Source: Minisyncoccota bacterium
GTDB lineage: Bacteria; Patescibacteriota; Minisyncoccia; Phycocordibacterales; SBAW01
Assembly: GCA_035510635.1 (NCBI GenBank)
Contig: DATKGU010000001.1
Span: 649-64,648, forward strand
Length of the DNA: 64,000 nt
Direction: 5' to 3'
Part shown: piece after piece, positions 18,118 through 27,814 of the stretch
How the letters are laid out: each line of letters starts with the position of its first letter
How positions within the stretch are numbered: position 1 is the first letter of the stretch
Made by a program: the position numbers and the translations under genes
Notes under the pieces: generated by a model
The model's input: the letters and a program-made list of their open reading frames with translations, nothing else
Told to the model about the DNA's origin: nothing
The model's database searches: none

Positions 18118-18504
18118 ATGATTACTGACCCTATTGCAGACATGCTGGTACGCATCCAAAACGCCTCGATGGCGGGGAAGGACCGCGTCTCTATGCCGCG
18201 CTCACAGATGAAGCTCGCCATCGCCGAGATACTCAAGCGCGAGGGCTACGTGAGCGAGGTAGACAAAAAATCAAAAAACAACGACCTCTCGCTCATGCTT
18301 TCCTACAAAAACGGCCGCCCGGCGTTTGGCGGATTTAAACGCGTCAGCAAACTCTCCCGCCGCATGTACATGGGCGTGCGCGACATCAAACCGGTTAAGC
18401 GCGGCCATGGTCTTCTGGTGCTCTCGACTCCCGCAGGCATCCTCACAGGCAAAGAGGCGCAGATTAAGCGCGTTGGCGGCGAGGCCCTGTTCGAAATTTG
18501 GTAA
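18118..18504 (+). CDS. rpsH: 30S ribosomal protein S8
   Basis: S8 family (MITDPIADMLVRIQNA...). Confidence 0.95.
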   Translation: MITDPIADMLVRIQNASMAGKDRVSMPRSQMKLAIAEILKREGYVSEVDKKSKNNDLSLMLSYKNGRPAFGGFKRVSKLSRRMYMGVRDIKPVKRGHGLLVLSTPAGILTGKEAQIKRVGGEALFEIW

Positions 18505-18510
18505 ACCATT

Positions 18511-19044
18511 ATGTCACGACTTGCTAAACGACCCATTGCACTGCCCGCTAAAACTGAACTCACGTTCAAGGCTAACGAGCTTTCTGTAAAAGGCCCTAAA
18601 GGTACGCTCACCAAAGCGGGGCACCGCCTCATTGGTATCGAGAACGTGCCGGAGGGTGTGCAGGTATCCACCAAGGCAGACACGCTTGAGGCTCGCGCAC
18701 TTGTGGGCACCTACGCCAGCCACGTGCGCAACATGCTCGAGGGTGTTACCAAAGGTTTTACTAAAAAACTTTTAGTCGAAGGCGTCGGCTACAAGTGGGA
18801 GGTGCAGGGCAAGACGCTCAACCTCGCACTCGGATTTTCTCACCCGGTAAAAATGGACATCCCCGAGGGGCTCACCGTTAAGGCCGAGAAGAACGCCCTC
18901 ATCATTGATGGATTTGATAAAGAGCTTGTCGGACAATTTGCTGCCAACGTGCGTGCACTCAAAAAGCCGGAGCCGTACAAGGGCAAAGGTATCCGCTACG
19001 AGGGCGAGGTCATCCGCCGCAAGCAGGGTAAGAAGGCTGCATAA
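18511..19044 (+). CDS. rplF: 50S ribosomal protein L6
   Basis: L6 family, conserved position. Confidence 0.95.
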   Translation: MSRLAKRPIALPAKTELTFKANELSVKGPKGTLTKAGHRLIGIENVPEGVQVSTKADTLEARALVGTYASHVRNMLEGVTKGFTKKLLVEGVGYKWEVQGKTLNLALGFSHPVKMDIPEGLTVKAEKNALIIDGFDKELVGQFAANVRALKKPEPYKGKGIRYEGEVIRRKQGKKAA

Positions 19045-19053
19045 AGAACCACC

Positions 19054-19419
19054 ATGAAAACTAAAAGCATCACAAATCAGATAAACCGCGAGCGCCGCCA
19101 TGCGCGCATCCGCGCCAAGATTATGGGCACTCCCGAGCGCCCGCGCCTCGCCGTGTTTAAATCAAACCGTTATTTGCACGCGCAGATAATTGACGACACG
19201 CTTGGCAAGACGCTTGTTGCTGGTAGCACCAAAGAGGTAGGCGCTGCAAAAAAAGGCGTCAAAAAAATGGATGCCGCCAAACTGCTTGGTCTCGACTTGG
19301 CAAAGCGCGCCAAGGCGGCGGGTATTGAGACTGTGGTGTTCGACAGGGGAGGCTTTCGTTACACTGGGCGCATTACCACATTGGCCGACGCCGCGCGCGA
19401 GGGCGGTCTCAAATTTTAA
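19054..19419 (+). CDS. rplR: 50S ribosomal protein L18
   Basis: L18 family ([18 protein letters not shown]). Confidence 0.93.
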   Translation: MKTKSITNQINRERRHARIRAKIMGTPERPRLAVFKSNRYLHAQIIDDTLGKTLVAGSTKEVGAAKKGVKKMDAAKLLGLDLAKRAKAAGIETVVFDRGGFRYTGRITTLADAAREGGLKF

Positions 19420-19425
19420 TATCAT

Positions 19426-20046
19426 ATGGATGACATCGAACAAAAAGACGTTATAGCAGAGGCGGCACCGGAGATTGTTGCCGATGTGGCTCTTCCTGTT
19501 GTCGAGGAGGTAGCGCCGGCACCTGCCGACACGCGCCGCGCGCGCCCTGATAGGCGTGGCGGCAAGCCAGGTGAGCGCGGTGGTCGCCGCCCCTCAACCC
19601 GCCGCCCCGAGCGCAAAAGCGAGTTTGACCAGCGCATCATCACGATACGCCGCGTGTCTCGCGTGGTCGCCGGCGGTCGCCGCTTCTCTTTCTCCGTGGC
19701 AATCATCATCGGCAATAAAAAAGGCAGAGTGGGTGTCGGCCTCGGCAAAGCAGGGGACACCACGCTCGCTATCGACAAGGCGGTGCGCAATGCAAAGAAA
19801 AACATGATAACGGTGCCGCTCACCAAAAACTCCTCAATAACGCACGATGTGTCCGCAAAATATTGCGCATCGATTGTCACCATGACACCGGCACGCGGCC
19901 GCGGCTTGGTGGCGGGCTCCTCGGTACGCCCGGTGCTTGAGCTCTGCGGCATCAACGACATCGTTGCCAAGATACACTCGGGCAGCAAAAACGGTCTCAA
20001 CAATGCACGCGCCGCAATTGAGGCACTAAAGACGCTAAAGGCGTAA
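19426..20046 (+). CDS. rpsE: 30S ribosomal protein S5 with ~60 aa acidic/Arg-rich N-terminal extension
   Basis: S5 dsRBD plus C-terminal domain (RRFSFSVAIIIGNKKGRVGVGLGKA). Confidence 0.93.
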   Translation: MDDIEQKDVIAEAAPEIVADVALPVVEEVAPAPADTRRARPDRRGGKPGERGGRRPSTRRPERKSEFDQRIITIRRVSRVVAGGRRFSFSVAIIIGNKKGRVGVGLGKAGDTTLAIDKAVRNAKKNMITVPLTKNSSITHDVSAKYCASIVTMTPARGRGLVAGSSVRPVLELCGINDIVAKIHSGSKNGLNNARAAIEALKTLKA

Positions 20047-20080
20047 ATAGAAATTTTAATTTCTATATATAAAAAAAGAT

Positions 20081-20527
20081 ATGCAACTCCACGATTTAAA
20101 ACGCAAAACAGAAAACAAGTCGCCTAAGCGCGTTGGCCGCGGCGGCGGTCGCGGTAAAACCTCCGGTCGCGGTACCAAGGGTCAAAAGGCGCGCGCGGGT
20201 CACAGCATCATGCCGGCCATCCGCGAGCAGCTCAAAAAGCTCCCTAAGCTCCGGGGCAGGGGCGTGGGCGGTCTCATCACCATCCAAAACAAGCCGCTTG
20301 TCGTTAATCTCTCGAGCCTCGAAACGGCGTTTCTCGCAGGCGATGCAGTCAATCCTAAAACGCTCATCGAGCGCGGCCTTATCCGCACGCGCAAAAACAT
20401 GTCCAAAGCCCCGATTGTTAAAATCCTCGGCGGCGGTGAGCTCACAAAGAAGTTTGTCATCACTGGTTGCAGTGTGTCCGGCAGTGCTCGGGCAAAGATA
20501 GAGCAGGCGGGCGGTTCGGTCGCATAA
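20081..20527 (+). CDS. rplO: 50S ribosomal protein L15
   Basis: L15 family. No rpmD (L30) between rpsE and rplO. Confidence 0.93.
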   Translation: MQLHDLKRKTENKSPKRVGRGGGRGKTSGRGTKGQKARAGHSIMPAIREQLKKLPKLRGRGVGGLITIQNKPLVVNLSSLETAFLAGDAVNPKTLIERGLIRTRKNMSKAPIVKILGGGELTKKFVITGCSVSGSARAKIEQAGGSVA

Positions 20528-20533
20528 CACTTT

Positions 20534-21808
20534 ATGATGAACACCTTTTTCCAAAAATTTGCGTTACTCATCCGTGACGCTCAATTGCGCAACCGCCTCC
20601 TTTTTGTGCTGGGCGCGTTGGCGGTGTTTCGCGTGCTTGCGGCTATCCCGATCCCTGGCGTTAATGCCGCGCAGCTCCAACTCTTTTTTTCTAACAATCA
20701 ATTTTTTGGCCTGCTCAACCTCTTTTCAGGCGGCGGGCTCTCGAGTCTCTCGCTGGTGCTCCTTGGCGTCGGCCCGTACATCACGGCCTCCATCATCATG
20801 CAGCTTCTCACTATTATGGTGCCGAGCTTAAAGCAACTCTACCAAGAGGAGGGTGAGCTTGGCCGCCAAAAGTTTAGCCAATACTCGCGCCTTATTACGC
20901 TCCCCATTGCCGCACTCCAAGGCTTTAGCTTTATTTTGATACTCGAGCGCGAGGGCGTCATTGCCTCGCTCTCGCCTTTTCAGCTTGGGGTTAACATCCT
21001 CGTGGTGGTTGCAGGCTCGATGCTGCTCATGTGGATAGGCGAGCTCATCTCTGAGTTTGGCCTCGGCAACGGCGTGTCGCTCATCATCTTTGCGGGCATT
21101 GTGGCACGCATCCCGCGCACCGCGAGCCAAGCAATATTCTCGTTTAATACTTCGCAGTTGCCGATGTACTTGGCCTTTGCCGTTGCCGCGCTCGCCATCG
21201 TGATGGCTGTGGTGGTGGTCAACGAGGCCGAGCGCCCGGTGCCGGTAACCTACGCTAAGCGCATTCGCGGGATGAAGACCTACGGCGGCCAATCAACCTA
21301 CTTGCCGCTCCGTCTCAACCAAGCAGGCGTTATTCCGATTATCTTTGCGCTTTCGTTTTTGCTTATCCCGCAAATGTTTGCGACGTTCTTCCAAGCATCA
21401 ACCCACGCATGGCTCGCAAATACCTCCTCGTTTATACTCTCGTGGCTCCAAAACCTCGGGTTTTACGGCAGTGTCTACTTTGTGCTCGTCGTATTGTTTA
21501 CTTACTTTTACACCGCGGTTACCTTCGACCCTCACGCCATTGCCGAAAATTTGCAAAAGAACGGCGCGTTTATCCCCGGCGTACGCCCCGGCGGCTCCAC
21601 GCAGGAGTACTTGGGCAAGGTAATCACTCGCATCACGCTCGTAGGCGCACTCTTCCTCGGTATTATCGCCGTGTTGCCGATTGCTATGCAGTCTTTGAGC
21701 GGTATACAGAGCCTCACAATCGGCGGCACCGCACTTCTCATCGTCGTTTCGGTCATTCTCGACCTCGCGCGCCGTGTTGACGCGCAGATATCTATACGCG
21801 AGTATTAA
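20534..21808 (+). CDS. secY: preprotein translocase subunit SecY
   Basis: 10-TM SecY sequence, conserved position. Confidence 0.95.
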   Translation: MMNTFFQKFALLIRDAQLRNRLLFVLGALAVFRVLAAIPIPGVNAAQLQLFFSNNQFFGLLNLFSGGGLSSLSLVLLGVGPYITASIIMQLLTIMVPSLKQLYQEEGELGRQKFSQYSRLITLPIAALQGFSFILILEREGVIASLSPFQLGVNILVVVAGSMLLMWIGELISEFGLGNGVSLIIFAGIVARIPRTASQAIFSFNTSQLPMYLAFAVAALAIVMAVVVVNEAERPVPVTYAKRIRGMKTYGGQSTYLPLRLNQAGVIPIIFALSFLLIPQMFATFFQASTHAWLANTSSFILSWLQNLGFYGSVYFVLVVLFTYFYTAVTFDPHAIAENLQKNGAFIPGVRPGGSTQEYLGKVITRITLVGALFLGIIAVLPIAMQSLSGIQSLTIGGTALLIVVSVILDLARRVDAQISIREY

Positions 21809-21812
21809 GCGC

Positions 21813-22388
21813 ATGGACACGCGCACGTTTCTTATGATGGGGCGGCCCGGCTCGGGCAAAGGCACCCAGGCAAAATTGCTTGCCGACAAAATCGGCGGAG
21901 TGGTGTATTCGTCGGGCAATAGGCTTAGACCGATGAGTCAAACTGACACCCCGTTTGGTCACAAAGCCAAACAGGTTATGGAGAGCGGAGATCTTATGCC
22001 CGAGTGGGCTTCGGAGTTTTTATTTGAGGAAGCGCTTATAGGCTTGCGCGCCGAGGATGGAATTGTGTTTGAAGGTGCGTGTAGGCGCGAATTGGAGGCC
22101 GTAAAATTTCACGAAGTTTCAACATGGCTTGAGCGGCCTTACATTACAATTTATTTAGACGCAAGTGAGACGGTGCTTATGGATAGGCTTCTTAAACGCT
22201 ACACACTCCAAAATCGTCCCGATGATGCAAATTCCGAAGTCATCAAAAACAGATTCGATAAATTTACTAAAAACACGCTCCCAGCAGTAAATCATTTTAA
22301 AAAAGAGGGCACGCTGCTTGCCGTCAACGGCGACCAATCAGTCGAGGCGGTGCATGCCGACGTTCTTAAAGCCCTACATTTATCGTGA
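21813..22388 (+). CDS. adk: adenylate kinase (short form)
   Basis: P-loop GRPGSGKGTQ. ATG 21813 is immediately after the secY stop. Confidence 0.9.
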   Translation: MDTRTFLMMGRPGSGKGTQAKLLADKIGGVVYSSGNRLRPMSQTDTPFGHKAKQVMESGDLMPEWASEFLFEEALIGLRAEDGIVFEGACRRELEAVKFHEVSTWLERPYITIYLDASETVLMDRLLKRYTLQNRPDDANSEVIKNRFDKFTKNTLPAVNHFKKEGTLLAVNGDQSVEAVHADVLKALHLS

Positions 22389-23146
22389 TTTCAAAAACCG
22401 AGAATGAAATAAAAAATTTGCGCACCGGAGGCAAGCTCTTGGCTCGTGTGCTTCGCGAACTTAGCGCGATGGTAGAGCCCGGTATCACGACTGCGTCGCT
22501 GGATATTGCAGCGGAGAAAATAATACGAGAGGGTGGGGGAGTGCCGGCGTTTTTAAACTATCTACCTGAAGGCGGCGCGTATCCTTTCCCTGCAACCTTG
22601 TGCATTTCTCTCAATGATGAGGTGGTGCACGGCATCCCCTCAACTGAAAGGGTATTAAAAAATGGTGATATGATCTCGCTTGATTTAGGCCTCTCGTACA
22701 ACGGTTATTTTGTCGATTCGGCTCGGACACTGTGCGTCGGCGAGGGAGACGCTACTGCGCAAAAACTTATCGAAGCCACTAAAGAGGCAACGATGGCGGG
22801 CATTAAAGCCGCGCGCGTGGGCAATAGGGTGGGCGACATCGGTGCGGCCATCGAGGAGGTGGCAAAAAAATATCATTTTGAGGTGGTAGAAGACTTGGGT
22901 GGCCATGCAGTGGGCAAAGAAGTGCACGAAACGCCGTACATCCCCAACGAGGGCGTACCGGGCACGGGCCCCAAACTCCAGGAGGGTTTGGTGATAGCAA
23001 TCGAGCCGATGCTCGCCGAGGGTAAGGGTGCTATTACGCTCATGGAAGATGAGTGGACCTACCGTATGCGCGACAAAAAACGCTGCGCGCATGTTGAGCA
23101 CACCATCATCATTACCAAGAAAGGTCCCGAGATTTTAACCGCCTAA
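22385..23146 (+). CDS. map: type I methionine aminopeptidase (GTG start overlapping adk stop)
   Basis: MAP family throughout. Confidence 0.92.
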   Translation: MISKTENEIKNLRTGGKLLARVLRELSAMVEPGITTASLDIAAEKIIREGGGVPAFLNYLPEGGAYPFPATLCISLNDEVVHGIPSTERVLKNGDMISLDLGLSYNGYFVDSARTLCVGEGDATAQKLIEATKEATMAGIKAARVGNRVGDIGAAIEEVAKKYHFEVVEDLGGHAVGKEVHETPYIPNEGVPGTGPKLQEGLVIAIEPMLAEGKGAITLMEDEWTYRMRDKKRCAHVEHTIIITKKGPEILTA

Positions 23147-23168
23147 TATTGCAAAATAAGGCTGCTTA

Positions 23169-23768
23169 TTGTACAGTGCGGTCATGATACAACCGAAGGA
23201 GGAGATAACGTATGTAATGATAAAGCCCGACGGCGTACGCAAGGGCCTTATCGGCGAGATTATCAAGCGCATGGAGCAGCGCGACCTTAAGATAATTGCG
23301 CTTGAGATGTTTCAACCTACCTTTAAAGAAATGGACAACCATTATCCCAAGAGTGAGGCGTGGATCCATCGCCTTGGCGAGCGTACCAGCGCTACCTACG
23401 AAAAATACGGACACGATTTAAAGCGCGACTTTGGTACAACCAATTTGGACAAAGTGGGCGCCACCGTACGCAAGTGGCTCATCGACTATATGGTGTCGGC
23501 GCCGCTCGTTAAAATGGTAGTGCAAGGCGTGCACGCGGTAGATATGGTGCGCAAAATTGTCGGCCCTACGATGCCCTCACTTGCCGAGATGGGCACTATC
23601 CGCGGGGATTTTTCTATCGACTCGGCTATTAGCGCCAACATTGAGAAGCGCGCGGTCATGAACTTGGTGCACGCAAGCGAGACACAAGAGGAGGCCAAGC
23701 ACGAAATCAAACACTGGTTTGGTAAAAAAGGCGTATTTAAATACAAAAGGTTTGGTGTTGACGAATAA
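23169..23768 (+). CDS. ndk: nucleoside diphosphate kinase-like protein with insertions
   Basis: YVMIKPDGV, GTIRGDFSIDS, NLVHASE motifs of the NDK fold. Confidence 0.75.
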   Translation: MYSAVMIQPKEEITYVMIKPDGVRKGLIGEIIKRMEQRDLKIIALEMFQPTFKEMDNHYPKSEAWIHRLGERTSATYEKYGHDLKRDFGTTNLDKVGATVRKWLIDYMVSAPLVKMVVQGVHAVDMVRKIVGPTMPSLAEMGTIRGDFSIDSAISANIEKRAVMNLVHASETQEEAKHEIKHWFGKKGVFKYKRFGVDE

Positions 23769-23942
23769 AACAACGGAAGAGTATAATTGGGATAGGACTG
23801 CGGAGGCAAAGTCCTTAAATACACAATCGGGAGCTTGGAGTTGTATAGTCGTAAAGATTACACACAGAGCACCCACCTGGTACTAACCAGGACAAGCTTT
23901 CGGAGTCCCACAAAAAATCTCACCCTAGGGTGAGATTTTTTG
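23758..23942 (+). ncRNA. candidate small RNA: promoter TTGACG-18-TATAAT, ~150-nt structured transcript, intrinsic terminator
   Basis: Hexamers 23758-23763 and 23782-23787. Internal hairpins aggact...agtcct and cctgg...ccagg. Terminator atctcaccc tag ggtgagat plus tttttt at 23912-23942. Confidence 0.35.
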
Positions 23943-24006
23943 TTATAGTGTATAGAGAAAGTAAAATAACAACTTTTTAAACTTATTATTTTACTTTCTC
24001 TAAACC

Positions 24007-25374
24007 ATGCAATCAAAAGTATATTTCTACGGCGCGGCGGGTTCGGTTACGGGCTCTAATTTTTTACTTGATACAGGTGGTTCCAAAACGCTCATCGATT
24101 GCGGGCTCTTTCAAGGCAAAAATGCAGGGGAGGAAAACAATTGGGCCGAGTTTCCATTTGATGCTAAAGCAATACCTGTGCTTGTAAACACGCACGCACA
24201 CATCGACCACATCGGCCGCATCCCGCTTTTGGTAAAACGCGGGTTTAAGGGCCGCATCATCTCAACCGAGGCCACACGTGCGATGTCGTTGCCGCTCCTC
24301 CTCGATTGCATGAGCCTCATCAATCACGACGCCGAGCTGCACGGCAAAGAGCCGCTCTACGACGAGCATGACATCAACGCAGCCATGGCGCTGTGGGAAG
24401 GCATTGCGTATCATCAAAAAATAGATTTGGATGACGGTGTGCAGGTGGAGCTCCTAGACTCGGGGCATATTTTGGGCTCGGCAATGGCAAAGTTTACGCG
24501 CGGGAGTAGCAACATTGTGTTTACCGGTGATTTGGGCGGCGGCAACTCGCCGCTTTTGCCGCCGATAGATGATTTAACCGACGCACAGTATCTGGTGATG
24601 GAGAGCGTCTATGGCAATAAAGTGCGGCCGGAAGGAGAGTCTGCACACACGCGCGACATGCTCGAGAATGTTATCGAGGAGAGCATTGCTCGCGGCGGCA
24701 CGCTGCTTATCCCTGCTTTCTCAACCGAGCGCACGCAAGATTTGCTGTTTGAAATCCGCACGCTCATGGTGGAAAAACGCGTGCCATCCGTGCCGGTATA
24801 TATCGACTCGCCGTTGGCAAAACAGATGACCGAAGCATTTTTGAAATATCCGCAATACTTTAGCGAAGCGCTGCAACAGCGTATTAAAAACGGAGAGAAG
24901 ATTTTTGATTTCCCCGAGATGCACACTGTCGAAGATGATGAAGAGTCACGACATTTGGGGGAGGTAGCTGGACCCAACATTATCCTTGCAGGCTCGGGCA
25001 TGAGCAACGGCGGCCGCGTGATAAACCACGAGCGCCGTATATTGCCCGACAAAAAATCGACGCTCCTTATCGTAGGATATCAAGCGGCGGGGAGCCTCGG
25101 CCGGAGGCTTGTTGAGGGCGCTAAAGAGGTTGTGATACATAAAGAAAAAGTGCCGGTACATTGCCGCGTGGAGGCTATCTACGGCTACTCGGCGCACATG
25201 GACGGCGAGCAATTGGTGGAGTTTGTAAATAAAACAAGGAGCACATTAAAAGAAGTGTTTGTGGTGATGGGCGAGCCTGTTGCCTCGAATACGTTGGTGC
25301 AACGCATCCGTGATTATCTCAGTGTGAAAGCAATAGCGCCCGAAGCGGGGGAGAGCGCTGTTGTTGAGTTTTAG
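24007..25374 (+). CDS. MBL-fold metallo-hydrolase with beta-CASP/RNA-specificity domain (RNase J/CPSF-like)
   Basis: HAHIDHIG metallo-beta-lactamase motif, beta-CASP region, C-terminal RMMBL-like segment. Confidence 0.85.
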   Translation: MQSKVYFYGAAGSVTGSNFLLDTGGSKTLIDCGLFQGKNAGEENNWAEFPFDAKAIPVLVNTHAHIDHIGRIPLLVKRGFKGRIISTEATRAMSLPLLLDCMSLINHDAELHGKEPLYDEHDINAAMALWEGIAYHQKIDLDDGVQVELLDSGHILGSAMAKFTRGSSNIVFTGDLGGGNSPLLPPIDDLTDAQYLVMESVYGNKVRPEGESAHTRDMLENVIEESIARGGTLLIPAFSTERTQDLLFEIRTLMVEKRVPSVPVYIDSPLAKQMTEAFLKYPQYFSEALQQRIKNGEKIFDFPEMHTVEDDEESRHLGEVAGPNIILAGSGMSNGGRVINHERRILPDKKSTLLIVGYQAAGSLGRRLVEGAKEVVIHKEKVPVHCRVEAIYGYSAHMDGEQLVEFVNKTRSTLKEVFVVMGEPVASNTLVQRIRDYLSVKAIAPEAGESAVVEF

Positions 25375-25485
25375 GAATCCTAAGAAAAAGGATTAGGAGG
25401 GGCTCTTGAGCGCGACGGCGCGAAAGCTGAGCAAATTTTTAGCAAAAAATTTGAGTACCCTCAGAATCCTTTTTCTTAGGATTCC
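25374..25485. repeat. perfect 21-bp inverted repeat ggaatcctaagaaaaaggatt / aatcctttttcttaggattcc with 70-nt spacer
   Basis: Exact reverse complements. Each arm is itself a small hairpin (aatcc/ggatt). First arm abuts the MBL stop codon. Confidence 0.8.
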
Positions 25486-25507
25486 TTTTGGTGGTAGTAT
25501 TGAGCAA

Positions 25508-26140
25508 ATGGAAGAAACATCGAACAAGACCGCCACGGTTGACCCAAAAAATTTGCATCTCCACATCAAGCTCGGTGTCTCCGGTGCTGCCGAGACAGGC
25601 CATTGCGGTGTTGATGCATACGACAAAGGTCTTGAGCTTGGTCGTGAGATAGCCAAGCAAGGCGCGGTATGTGTCACGGGCGCCACCACCGGCTTCCCGC
25701 TATGGGCGGCGATGGGTGCAAAATCGGCCGGAGGGTTTGTCATTGGCTTCTCACCTGCAAGCTCCGAGAAGGAACATATCGAGCAATACAACTTGCCGGT
25801 GGAGTACCACGACCTCATCGTGTACACCGGCTTTGGCTATCCGGGCCGCGATCTTATTTTTACACGCTCGGTTGACGGCATGTTTTTTGGATGCGGGCGT
25901 ATAGGCACCATACATGAGTTTACGATTGCGTTTGAGGACAACAAGCCGCTTGGTGTGTATGAGGGCGGATGGCCCACCTCGGAGGAGATAAAAAATATTT
26001 TGGCAAACGGCCACCGCCCCAACGAGCACATCCGCTTTGGCGCCGACCCAAAGGCGTTGGTAGGGGAGATACTCGCATTGATAAAAGAGGACAAAATAAA
26101 CAGAGCCTCGTTTAGGTTCGAAAACCCCGACAACGCTTGA
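25508..26140 (+). CDS. LOG/TIGR00725-like Rossmann-fold nucleotide-binding protein
   Basis: Gly-rich Rossmann signatures (VSGAAETGHCGVD, VTGATTGFP). ATG 25508 preferred over 25406, which lies inside the inverted-repeat spacer. Confidence 0.5.
   Translation: MEETSNKTATVDPKNLHLHIKLGVSGAAETGHCGVDAYDKGLELGREIAKQGAVCVTGATTGFPLWAAMGAKSAGGFVIGFSPASSEKEHIEQYNLPVEYHDLIVYTGFGYPGRDLIFTRSVDGMFFGCGRIGTIHEFTIAFEDNKPLGVYEGGWPTSEEIKNILANGHRPNEHIRFGADPKALVGEILALIKEDKINRASFRFENPDNA
26103..26140 (+). repeat. left direct repeat (att-like), the 3' end of the LOG-like gene
   Basis: agagcctcgtttaggttcgaaaaccccgacaacgcttga, about 29/38 identical to 27447-27485. Both encode ...SFRFENPD-x-A stop. Confidence 0.7.
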
Positions 26141-26299
26141 AATAAGCCCTTGTCTTATCCACAGCAAGACTTGCTAATTCCAGTATTAGGTGTATAATTA
26201 GATTTAGCTATATAGTAATTATAGCCCTATGGAATTAGAGTTTTTTCAATTCTAGTCCAATAGAATTAGAAAAGTGTTAATTCCAGTACATAATTTTAC

Positions 26300-27445
26300 A
26301 TGACAAAAACAAGACCAAAAGGACCTTTTAATCTGCCCAAACTTCCTCCCAAGGTATCCTATGCTGACATTGTTGAGCATATTGCTAAGGCGCACACAGC
26401 ACTCGCCCGTCTTGATGAAATGTTGAAGCATATGGGGAATCTATCTCACCTAGAGAGCACCTTTTTTACTCGCGAAGCAGTGTTGAGTTCTAAAATAGAA
26501 GGGACTCAAGTAACACTTGAAGATGTCCTTAAAGAAGAAGCTGAAGGAAAAAAAGAAGTTAACGAAAATACCGAAAGGCAGCGGGATATTGTTGAAGTTC
26601 TAAACTACAGGAGGGCTCTTCGTCTCGGTCTAAAAATGATTGGGGAAGGGGAGTCCCTTGCTGAAAATAACGTAAAAGAGCTTCACAAAATTCTCTTGCA
26701 ATCTGAAAGAGGAAGGACAAGAGCACCCGGGCAATTTCGTAGAGAGCAAGTATATATAGCACCAAAAGGTACGCCTATGGACGAGGCGCGATATATACCC
26801 CCGAGCCCAAATGATATTTCGGAACTGTATAGCAATTTTGATCGGTATCTCAATACGGAAAATGCTGAGCGAGATCCCCTCGTTCAAATTGCAGTGGCAC
26901 ACTATCAATTTGAAGCTATTCACCCATTTAAAGATGGGAACGGGCGTGTCGGCAGATTATTGATACCCCTTTTTCTCTATAAAAGAAAGATTATTGCTCA
27001 TCCTTTTATTTATATAAGTAAGTACTTTGAGGAACACAGACGTGATTATTACGATTTATTGGCCGACGTAAGCTATGAGAGGGCGTGGACAGCCTGGATA
27101 CGGTTTTTCCTACATGGGCTTTGTGAACAAGCCAATGAAGCTACTGAGCTTGGGAGGGCAATTATCAAATTGCGGGATGAGTACCGGTCTCACTTGGCCG
27201 AGTTACACTCGACCTATGCTTTTAATCTCCTTGATGCAATTTTTGAGAGACCATATTTCACCCCGGTCCTTATAGGCAAATTGGCTCATATTAAGAATCC
27301 CCAAACGGTATTAACGTTGATTGGTAAATTTTTAGAGGCTAAAATTATTACTGACTTAACTCCAAAGAAAAAACGCAATAAAATATATGAATTTCATCAC
27401 CTCACAAAGTTATTGCAAGGAAGAGATAAAAAAGGCTCAGACTAA
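26300..27445 (+). CDS. Fic/DOC family protein (AMPylation or related transferase)
   Basis: Canonical Fic motif HPFKDGNGRVGR. AT-rich gene and upstream region with aattag/aattcc repeats. Confidence 0.9.
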   Translation: MTKTRPKGPFNLPKLPPKVSYADIVEHIAKAHTALARLDEMLKHMGNLSHLESTFFTREAVLSSKIEGTQVTLEDVLKEEAEGKKEVNENTERQRDIVEVLNYRRALRLGLKMIGEGESLAENNVKELHKILLQSERGRTRAPGQFRREQVYIAPKGTPMDEARYIPPSPNDISELYSNFDRYLNTENAERDPLVQIAVAHYQFEAIHPFKDGNGRVGRLLIPLFLYKRKIIAHPFIYISKYFEEHRRDYYDLLADVSYERAWTAWIRFFLHGLCEQANEATELGRAIIKLRDEYRSHLAELHSTYAFNLLDAIFERPYFTPVLIGKLAHIKNPQTVLTLIGKFLEAKIITDLTPKKKRNKIYEFHHLTKLLQGRDKKGSD

Positions 27446-27446
27446 T

Positions 27447-27485
27447 AGAGTCTCGTTCCGCTTCGAAAACCCCGACTCAGCATAA
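27447..27485 (+). repeat. right direct repeat: duplicated, synonymously diverged 3' end of the LOG-like gene
   Basis: agagtctcgttccgcttcgaaaaccccgactcagcataa encodes RVSFRFENPDSA-stop versus RASFRFENPDNA-stop at 26103-26140. Confidence 0.7.
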
Positions 27486-27543
27486 AAAGTTATCCCCACA
27501 CCCCGCGCTTCCACCTCATATATAATGGTACAATGAGTGCATC

Positions 27544-27630
27544 ATGAAATCGCTCCTTGCTGGCCTTACACTTACGGCTTTAGGCTTGGTGCATATGGTG
27601 GCCGGGGGGGGGTCAGCTTGTAGCGTCTGA
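27544..27630 (+). CDS. 28-codon signal-peptide-like ORF containing a G9 homopolymer, out of frame with the downstream surface-protein gene
   Basis: MKSLLAGLTLTALGLVHMVAGGGSACSV-stop. G-run at 27604-27612. Removing one G fuses it in frame to the ORF continuing into 27815-30433. Confidence 0.6.
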   Translation: MKSLLAGLTLTALGLVHMVAGGGSACSV

Positions 27631-27814
27631 TATATCCTCTCTCTTTACTCACGCGCCCTTCGTAGCCTCTGGCGGAGTAGGGCCAACCGTTGCCGTTACA
27701 TCTCCTCAACCTTGGCACGCAAAAGGCACCTCGCAAACTGCCAGTGTATTCAACGCCACGGTAGCTATTGCATCTACTACCCCCACTCAAACTGTTCCAC
27801 CAGTACAAAGCACT

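Noticed and set aside
25406-25507. Upstream start for the LOG-like gene
   Set aside because: The first 34 codons lie inside the spacer of the 21-bp inverted repeat and are not family-like. ATG 25508 is more plausible.
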